From a bacterium (lineage in GTDB: Bacteria > Desulfobacterota > Desulfocorpusculales > Desulfocorpusculum): 64,000 bases of DNA. The DNA is taken from contig JBBFLE010000001.1 in assembly GCA_037481695.1 (NCBI GenBank), positions 128,989 to 192,988 of the forward strand, in the 5' to 3' direction. The notes beneath the pieces were generated by a model. The model did no database searches. It was not told the origin of the DNA and saw only the letters and a list, made by a program, of their open reading frames with translations. This document shows positions 57,952-64,000 of this stretch, one piece after another. How positions within the stretch are numbered: the first letter of the stretch is position 1; the number at the start of each line of letters is the position of its first letter. The position numbers and the translations under genes were made by a program.

Positions 57952-58713
57952 TCATGAGCCATATCTTTGGGCTATGGCCTTGAAGCCCGAGAGAAGCACG
58001 TTCACATCAAGGCTGCTCATCACAATTCTCAGCCCTCTCCCAAGCCAACGCTCGGTGAGCGGATCTGGTGCATGCATTCCGAATATCTTGCCATGGGCCT
58101 TGGCAGCATCAGCCACCTTGGAGATGGCCTGGTCCAACAGCTCCCCCAGCAGCTCCCCTGGGCATCCCATGGAGATGGCCAAATCATTGGGACCTATGAG
58201 AAGAGCATCCAAGCCCTCCACTGCGGCTATGGAGTCTATTTCCCTTATGGCCTGGGCCGTCTCTATCTGAGCTATGGTGATGATCTGCTCATTGGCCTCG
58301 GCCATGAAATGAACCGTGGATTCCGCTGCAATACTCTTGTATCCGGTGTGGGCGCCCACCCCTCCAAAACCCCTTGAGCCCAAAGGGGCAAACTTGGCCC
58401 AATGAACTAGGCGCCTGGCCTGCTCCACGGACTCCAGCATGGGGACCATCACCCCCGTGGCTCCCAGGTCTAAACATCTGGAAACATATGCTTTGGACAG
58501 CTCCGGAATCCTCACAAAGCAACCCAAGCCCACGCTACGGCCCACCTTGAAGACATTTTCCAGAGTCTCCAGGCTGAAGGGCCCATGTTCCAGATCCAGC
58601 ATTATGAAATCCAGGCCTGCATTGGCTGCCACCAGAGCCACTGCTGGATTCCCCACCATTCGCAACATGGTCCCCACCGCCCTCCCACCTTCCCTGAGCT
58701 TTCTCACTGCCAT
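57952..58713 (-). CDS. HpcH/HpaI-family 2-keto-3-deoxy-acid aldolase
   Basis: 253 aa; ...FIMLDLEHGPF...GATGVMVPMLESVEQA... characteristic of the HpcH/HpaI aldolase/citrate-lyase beta family. Confidence 0.8.
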   Translation of the reverse strand: MAVRKLREGGRAVGTMLRMVGNPAVALVAANAGLDFIMLDLEHGPFSLETLENVFKVGRSVGLGCFVRIPELSKAYVSRCLDLGATGVMVPMLESVEQARRLVHWAKFAPLGSRGFGGVGAHTGYKSIAAESTVHFMAEANEQIITIAQIETAQAIREIDSIAAVEGLDALLIGPNDLAISMGCPGELLGELLDQAISKVADAAKAHGKIFGMHAPDPLTERWLGRGLRIVMSSLDVNVLLSGFKAIAQRYGS

Positions 58714-59134
58714 AGCACTCCCCCTGAGTGTCTTTCTCCTGTCTCATGTTTGATGGGAAAATACATTGCCACCCGATTCCATGGAATTTGAGCAGACATT
58801 GTAGCCCTTTTCCCCCTTGCAGTGGGAGAGCAAACATGAGGCTTGGCCCTCCCTGCTTCAGTTCTTGTGTGATAACCTATCTCGGAGTACGCTCTTTGAG
58901 AAGTTAGGTTTGAGGCGCACCCGTTTCTCTGGACCCTTTGTTGTACCTTGGGGGCAGAAAGGGCCAGAGGTGACTGTGCATTGGAAGGTGAGCATATGGG
59001 GGCAGGGTTATAATTTCTTTGCCAAGCATGAGACTTCAAATGCAGGATCTTGAGGCTCACTTGTGGCCAAAGGTCCAGGCCCTTTTCAAGGCTGGGTAGA
59101 ACCTAGCCCCCTGGGTTCGTGAGAGGAATCTTGT

Positions 59135-60076
59135 ATGCAAGACAAACACCAGTCTTTTTCCTCCATAGAGAATCTCCTGGAGGCTCTGGAGGCCCACCAA
59201 TATGTTACAGACAGAGCCCTGGCCACAGTCATCTATCTGGCATACCACATGAAAAGGCCTCTTTTCCTGGAGGGCGAACCCGGAGTTGGCAAGACAGAGG
59301 TGGCCTTGGTGCTCTCAAGAATACTGAAGGCTCGTCTCATCCGCCTCCAATGTTATGAGGGTCTGGATGCAGCCTCGGCCCTTTACGAGTGGAACTATCC
59401 CAAGCAGTTGCTCAGGATACGCATGGAGGAGCAGTGCCGAAGGAGTCCTGATGAGATAGGACAGGTCATCTACACGGAGCAATACCTCATAAAGAGGCCC
59501 CTTCTGGAAGCCATCCAGAGCGCTGAAAAAAACTCTCCGGTGCTGCTCATAGACGAGTTGGACAGGGCAGATGAGGAGTTCGAGGCTTTTTTGTTGGAGA
59601 TTCTCTCGGATTTCCAAATATCCATCCCGGAAATAGGCACCCTCAAAGCCACCCACCGCCCCATGGTGGTGCTTACATCCAACCGTACCAGGGAAGTGCA
59701 CGAAGCCCTCAAGCGCAGGTGCCTTTACCACTGGATAGAGTATCCCGAGCCTGAGAAAGAGCTGCAGATACTGAGGGCCAGGGCGCCGGCAATAAACCAG
59801 ATCCTGGCAAATCAGGTGGTAGGATTCGTTAAGAGACTCAGGCAGGAGGATTTCATCAAGAAGCCTGGCATCTCAGAGACCCTGGACTGGGTGGAAGCGC
59901 TCGTGAAACTGAATAGAACCGTGTTGGATCCTCTCACAGTGGAGCAAACCTTAGGCTGCCTGCTCAAGTATCGGGAGGATATCCAGAGATTCCGTTCAGG
60001 CCTATGGTCTGACCCCATGGAAAGAGACAGGCTCCTGGGCTGCGAGGATTTCTCTCAAAAGGCCCACATCTCATGA
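59135..60076 (+). CDS. MoxR-type AAA+ ATPase (CoxD/CbbQ-like)
   Basis: Walker A GEPGVGKTEVA, Walker B LLIDELDRA; 313 aa. Confidence 0.8.
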   Translation: MQDKHQSFSSIENLLEALEAHQYVTDRALATVIYLAYHMKRPLFLEGEPGVGKTEVALVLSRILKARLIRLQCYEGLDAASALYEWNYPKQLLRIRMEEQCRRSPDEIGQVIYTEQYLIKRPLLEAIQSAEKNSPVLLIDELDRADEEFEAFLLEILSDFQISIPEIGTLKATHRPMVVLTSNRTREVHEALKRRCLYHWIEYPEPEKELQILRARAPAINQILANQVVGFVKRLRQEDFIKKPGISETLDWVEALVKLNRTVLDPLTVEQTLGCLLKYREDIQRFRSGLWSDPMERDRLLGCEDFSQKAHIS

Positions 60077-60266
60077 GGATCCTCTGTTGTTCAAGGAGGC
60101 TTTGGTGCCCCAGCCCCCAAGCCCCAGGATGTTTGGAGCCATCTGCCCAGAGCTTCTTCTGGGCCCAGCAGGAGAGAAACGGAGCTTTTGTTTTCTGCCA
60201 AAAGCATTTCATTGAGTTGGCCCATGCTTTGATAGAAACAAGGGCCTGCTCTCATGCCTTGGGAAA

Positions 60267-61421
60267 ATGGCCAAGTCAGAGCGAAGACAAATTTCCCACC
60301 AGAAGGATGTTCTTGAAAACCTGGCAGAGTTCTGCCGGCTTCTGCGCTCAGAAGGTATTGGGGTGGAGCTCTCCAGCCTTTTGGCTGCAGCCGAGGGTCT
60401 CCACTGGGTGGATTGGACCGATCCGGAATCCCTGAGATACACCCTTGGAGCCACCTTGACCCATATCAGGGAGGAGCTCTTCAAGTTCCAGGATCTATTT
60501 GAGCTTTTTTGGCTCAAGAGACTCCTGGCACCGGGCAAAGGGGCACCCCAGGCCGGACAAGATGGCGGGGTGGAGGATCTAATAGCTCAAGGCCAAACTC
60601 CAAAGCCAAGCCCAGATCAAGAAGCGGCTGAGCAAAGGCGAACTTCACTGCGCTACAGCCCTCACTCCCTTCAAAGACTCCCGGAACCTGCAATGGGAGG
60701 CTTCCAGATAGGCTCCTCCAGCGTACAGGCCTTGCGCAGGTTCCTGAGAACCCTTGTCTCCAGGCCTTCCAGAAGATGGGAAGCCTGTACCATGGGCTCG
60801 CGTTTTTCCTTCAGACGAACTCTGCGCAAGAGTCTTCAATATGGGGGGGACCTCATCTACCTGCAGCTCGTGGCCCAGCGGGCCAAAAGGCCACGAATAT
60901 TGCTTCTATGCGATGTGAGCGGCTCCATGGAAGAGAATTTCAGGTTGATCCTGGAGTTTGCCGCCTCCCTTGTGAGAATGGAAAGAAGTGCGGAGGTCTT
61001 CTTGTTTTCCACGGACATAGCCAGGGTTACCCTGCAGCTCAGGAGCATGCAACCCGAGGGCTTTGTGTCTCAGCTACCCCAACTCATGCCCCAGTGGGGA
61101 GCCGGCACTCGCATAGGACATTGTCTCAGAAGCCTTAGGCAGAAGATGGGAGCAAGACTGCTGACCCAGAGGCCTGTTTTGGCAATCTACAGTGACGGAT
61201 GGGATCAGGGAGAAATAGAATTGCTCAGAAGGGAGATGGAGTCACTGAAGAGGAAATGCAAAAGCATAATCTGGTTGAACCCCCTTGTGGGCAGCCCAGG
61301 ATATGAACCCACCTGTCAGGGCATGGCAGCAGCCCTTCCTTTCGTGGATCTGTTTCTGCCCCTGAGGCAAGTGGAGGATCTCCTGAGGTTAGGAAAAGAA
61401 GTAAGGAAGTTGGTCAAATAG
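60267..61421 (+). CDS. VWA-domain protein (CoxE-like partner of MoxR)
   Basis: MIDAS motif ILLLCDVSGSM; follows the MoxR gene. Confidence 0.75.
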   Translation: MAKSERRQISHQKDVLENLAEFCRLLRSEGIGVELSSLLAAAEGLHWVDWTDPESLRYTLGATLTHIREELFKFQDLFELFWLKRLLAPGKGAPQAGQDGGVEDLIAQGQTPKPSPDQEAAEQRRTSLRYSPHSLQRLPEPAMGGFQIGSSSVQALRRFLRTLVSRPSRRWEACTMGSRFSFRRTLRKSLQYGGDLIYLQLVAQRAKRPRILLLCDVSGSMEENFRLILEFAASLVRMERSAEVFLFSTDIARVTLQLRSMQPEGFVSQLPQLMPQWGAGTRIGHCLRSLRQKMGARLLTQRPVLAIYSDGWDQGEIELLRREMESLKRKCKSIIWLNPLVGSPGYEPTCQGMAAALPFVDLFLPLRQVEDLLRLGKEVRKLVK

Positions 61422-61506
61422 GGGGGCGGGAAACCAAATGCGGAACCATTTGACATTTACTCCCAAAAGTGGTTCTTTTATAGGCCGCTGATACCAGGCA
61501 AACACC

Positions 61507-61530
61507 AGGGACCTGACCTAGGTCCCTTTT
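61507..61530 (+). terminator. Intrinsic terminator-like hairpin GGGACCT-gacct-AGGTCCC followed by TTTT
   Basis: 7-bp GC-rich stem plus T-run, 85 nt after the VWA stop. Confidence 0.45.
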
Positions 61531-61555
61531 GGGCAATCCACCAGGAGGGGCAGCC

Positions 61556-62713
61556 ATGCAGTACGATCTCACAGATGAGCAGAAAATGCTGCGGGAAATG
61601 GTTCGAAGGTTGGCAAAGGAGAAGATAGAACCTGGGGCGCGGGAGAGGGATGAGAAGGCCGAGTGGGACTGGGGGGTGGTGGATATCCTGAGGGAGAACG
61701 GCCTGATGGGGGTTGACTTTCCAGAAAAATACGGCGGAGGTGGAGCAGGGCTTCTTTCCTTCTGTCTAGTGGTGGAGGAGCTCTCGAGGGTGGAGGCAGC
61801 AACAGGACTCGTGCCTGCAGACCAGGAGCTGGGCACCCTTCCCATATTGCTGGCAGCAAATGAGTCCCAGAAAGCCAAATATCTTCCTAAGCTCTCCACT
61901 GGCGAGCACCTGGCTGCATTCGCCTTGACCGAGTCGGTGGGCGGCTCGGACGTGGCGGGGCTTCGCACCAAGGCCGTCAAGAAGGGCGGCGATTATGTGC
62001 TCAATGGTGTCAAGACCTTTATCACCAACGGGGGAGTGGCCGATGTGGTCACGGTATACGCTCTGACAGATCCTTCCAAAGGAGGTCACAAAGGGGCCAG
62101 CGTTTTTATAGTGGAGAAGGGCACCCCAGGGTTTAAGGTGGGCAAGAAAGAGGACAAGATGGGCATCCGCTGGTCTGATACCAGCGAGCTCATTTTTGAA
62201 GACTGCGTTGTCCCGGCCGAAAACCTGCTGGCAGAAGAAGGGGTAGGCTTTCACATAATGATGAAGACCCTGGACTTCAGCAGACCGGGTGTGGCAGCCC
62301 AGGCCCTGGGCATTGCCCAAGGGGCTCTGGATTATGCTGTAGCCTATGCCAAGGAGAGGGTGGCCTTTGGCCAGCCCATCATAAAATTCCAAGGCATTGC
62401 ATTTAAGCTGGCCGACATGGCCGTGGCAGTGGAGGCCTCCCGCCATGTGCTTTACAAGACGGCTTCCCTGCTCCAGGAACAACCCAAGGACCTCTCAAGG
62501 CTCCCGGCAGAACTCATCCGCATGTCTTCCATAAGCAAGGTGCTCTGTGGGGACACGGCCATGCAGGTCACCACTGACGCAGTTCAGGTTTTGGGTGGAT
62601 ACGGCTACATAAAGGAATATCCTGTGGAGCGCTACATGCGAGATGCCAAGATCACCCAGATCTATGAAGGTACTCAGGAGATCCAGCGCTTGGTGATAGC
62701 CAACACCCTTTGA
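61556..62713 (+). CDS. Acyl-CoA dehydrogenase
   Basis: Start MQYDLTDEQ 8 nt after AGGAGG; ACAD domains; C-terminal ...IYEGTQEIQRLVIA. Confidence 0.85.
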   Translation: MQYDLTDEQKMLREMVRRLAKEKIEPGARERDEKAEWDWGVVDILRENGLMGVDFPEKYGGGGAGLLSFCLVVEELSRVEAATGLVPADQELGTLPILLAANESQKAKYLPKLSTGEHLAAFALTESVGGSDVAGLRTKAVKKGGDYVLNGVKTFITNGGVADVVTVYALTDPSKGGHKGASVFIVEKGTPGFKVGKKEDKMGIRWSDTSELIFEDCVVPAENLLAEEGVGFHIMMKTLDFSRPGVAAQALGIAQGALDYAVAYAKERVAFGQPIIKFQGIAFKLADMAVAVEASRHVLYKTASLLQEQPKDLSRLPAELIRMSSISKVLCGDTAMQVTTDAVQVLGGYGYIKEYPVERYMRDAKITQIYEGTQEIQRLVIANTL

Positions 62714-62781
62714 AGTCAGCCCGGACCAGGCCCAGGGGTGCACGAGTAAGTGACCGAGTTGGTGAATCCTAAGGTGTAGGC

Positions 62782-63534
62782 ATGCGAGAATTGGCAAGCT
62801 TGTTAGAGAAGGCAGCCCGGATGATCCGAAAGGCCAGGTCTGTGGTGGCTTTGACCGGGGCCGGGATCTCAGTGGAAAGCGGGATCCCGGCCTTCCGGGG
62901 AACCCAGGGCCTCTGGGAAAAGTACGATCCCATGCAGTACGCCCACATAGAGGCCCTGAGGGCCCATCCCGAAAGGGTATGGCAGATGCTCAGGGAGTTG
63001 CAAAGCATTGTGGAGAATGCCAGGCCCAATGCAGCCCATCTCAGTCTGGCCAGAATGGAGCAAATGGGCTTTCTCAAGGCCATCATCACCCAGAACATAG
63101 ATCACCTGCACCAGGACGCCGGCAGCAGGTACGTCATAGAGTTCCACGGCAGCGGGCACCGGCTGGCCTGCCTGAGCTGTGGCGAGAAGATGCCCAGACA
63201 CATGGCGGACCTGCGGCACATCCCTCCCAGGTGCATCTGTGGGGGAGTTTTGAAACCCGATGTGGTCTTCTTCGGAGAGCCCATTCCCTGGAGGGCCCTG
63301 ATCCAGGCCCAGGAGGAATCCAAGAATTGTGATGTGATGTTGGTTGTGGGAACCTCGGCAGTGGTGGCCCCTGCCTGCGACATGCCCTACCTGGCCAAGG
63401 AAAAGGGAGCCAAGATCATAGAGATCAACACAGAAGAGACCCCCCTCACCCACTCTGTGTCAGACATCTTTCTGGAAGGCTCTGCAGGAATGCTCCTGCC
63501 AAGATTGGTGGAGATTCTGGCGTCAATGCCCTAG
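62782..63534 (+). CDS. cobB: NAD-dependent protein deacylase (Sir2 family)
   Basis: GAGISVESGIPAFRG, Zn-binding CxxC...CxCGG, ...VVGTSAVV. Confidence 0.85.
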   Translation: MRELASLLEKAARMIRKARSVVALTGAGISVESGIPAFRGTQGLWEKYDPMQYAHIEALRAHPERVWQMLRELQSIVENARPNAAHLSLARMEQMGFLKAIITQNIDHLHQDAGSRYVIEFHGSGHRLACLSCGEKMPRHMADLRHIPPRCICGGVLKPDVVFFGEPIPWRALIQAQEESKNCDVMLVVGTSAVVAPACDMPYLAKEKGAKIIEINTEETPLTHSVSDIFLEGSAGMLLPRLVEILASMP

Positions 63535-63548
63535 CCTCTTTTCAAAGA

Positions 63549-64000
63549 TCACTTTTTTGGATCCGAGGGCTCATTTCCCGAGAGTCTGGGAATGAGCCCA
63601 AGGCTCATGCCCTCTGCCCAAAGAATCGGGATGCCCAAGAAAATTACAGGGAAAATGCATATGGCGTGAAGCACCAAAGCGAAACTCAGGGCACTGTCCT
63701 TATCCACTCCAAAAAAAAGAAGTGCCCCCATGGCCGCAAAATGGAAGGTACCCACAAATCCTGGGGCAGAAGGCACGCTCACACCAAAGCCCAAAGCCAC
63801 CAGCACAAACCAGGCAGTACTCCAAGGAAGATCCAATCTGAAGGTCTCCATGATCAGTATCACGATCAAGGCGCTTAGAACCCACAAGCCAAGAGTCCAA
63901 AAACACACCTCGCTCATGGCCTTAAGCCCACTGGGTAGCCTCAGGCCTTGGGCAAAGGAGAAGACGGCGCTGGCAAGCCTTGAGGCCATCTTGGGCCCTA
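63549..64000 (-). CDS. UPF0104/LPG-synthase-TM-like integral membrane protein (C-terminal part; gene continues past the window end)
   Basis: Hydrophobic; PGFVGTFHFAAMGALLFFGV resembles the PF03706 C-terminal motif. Confidence 0.45.
   Translation of the reverse strand, partial: GPKMASRLASAVFSFAQGLRLPSGLKAMSEVCFWTLGLWVLSALIVILIMETFRLDLPWSTAWFVLVALGFGVSVPSAPGFVGTFHFAAMGALLFFGVDKDSALSFALVLHAICIFPVIFLGIPILWAEGMSLGLIPRLSGNEPSDPKK

Noticed and set aside
59123-59137. CTTGTATGCAAG near-palindrome resembling the TTGTATACAA operator
   Set aside because: It spans the MoxR start codon and carries two mismatches in the half-site. It is probably coincidental with the ATG context.

Overview
High-GC bacterial window, probably an anaerobic deltaproteobacterium/syntroph that degrades aromatic compounds (inferred from gene content). 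About 40 kb of ordinary catabolic, efflux and lipid genes flank a ~21 kb accessory defence island (~19.3-40.9 kb).

Core genes:
- Two paralogous three-subunit molybdenum-hydroxylase operons (1107-4879 minus; 50118-53940 plus). The second has a Cys-rich insertion in its FAD subunit, as in 4-hydroxybenzoyl-CoA reductase.
- A PaaK-type aryl-CoA ligase, hydantoinase A/B, a ferredoxin-nitroreductase, and a MacAB/NodT tripartite efflux operon.
- An MFS transporter, and a cytidylyltransferase/CDP-alcohol phosphatidyltransferase pair.
- A long minus-strand operon (49853->40905): family-III CoA-transferase, acyl-CoA dehydrogenase, EtfBA/FixCX, a GntR regulator, and a split B12 acyl-CoA mutase.
- A class-III aminotransferase, saccharopine dehydrogenase, hydroxypyruvate isomerase, HpcH aldolase, a MoxR AAA+/VWA pair, a second acyl-CoA dehydrogenase, and a sirtuin.

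Island (all minus strand, tightly packed, behind one consensus sigma70 promoter at 37824-37852):
- An XRE-HTH::SNF2 helicase, then a complete type II CBASS (Cap4-like nuclease-SAVED effector, CD-NTase, Cap2 E1/E2, Cap3 JAB).
- A DUF1156 N6-adenine methyltransferase, a DUF433/DUF5615 toxin-antitoxin pair, and a DUF499 (BrxC/PglY-like) ATPase.
- In other words, a DUF499-DUF1156-helicase R-M-like/BREX-related triad with a CBASS and a TA module nested inside it.

Most unusual feature:
- The methyltransferase ORF contains, in frame, an apparently intact IS200-like Y1 (REP-associated tyrosine transposase, RAYT) domain flanked by inverted REP hairpins (GTAGACGCGACG-N3-CGTCGCGT).
- At least seven further REP or REP-doublet (REPIN-like) copies sit in frame inside the methyltransferase, and one sits inside the helicase. 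Each encodes the same peptide motif (VDATSRRV..SGEDAASTF). None lies in the CBASS genes.

Island flanks:
- A frameshifted type III Mod methyltransferase remnant, an MNT/HepT TA pair, an IS21 istB remnant, and low-GC DNA with a secreted transglutaminase-like protein and a PIN-like fragment.

Other:
- A 9-12 bp palindromic motif (TTGTATACAA; GntR-type GT..AC operator) recurs in three catabolic promoter regions.
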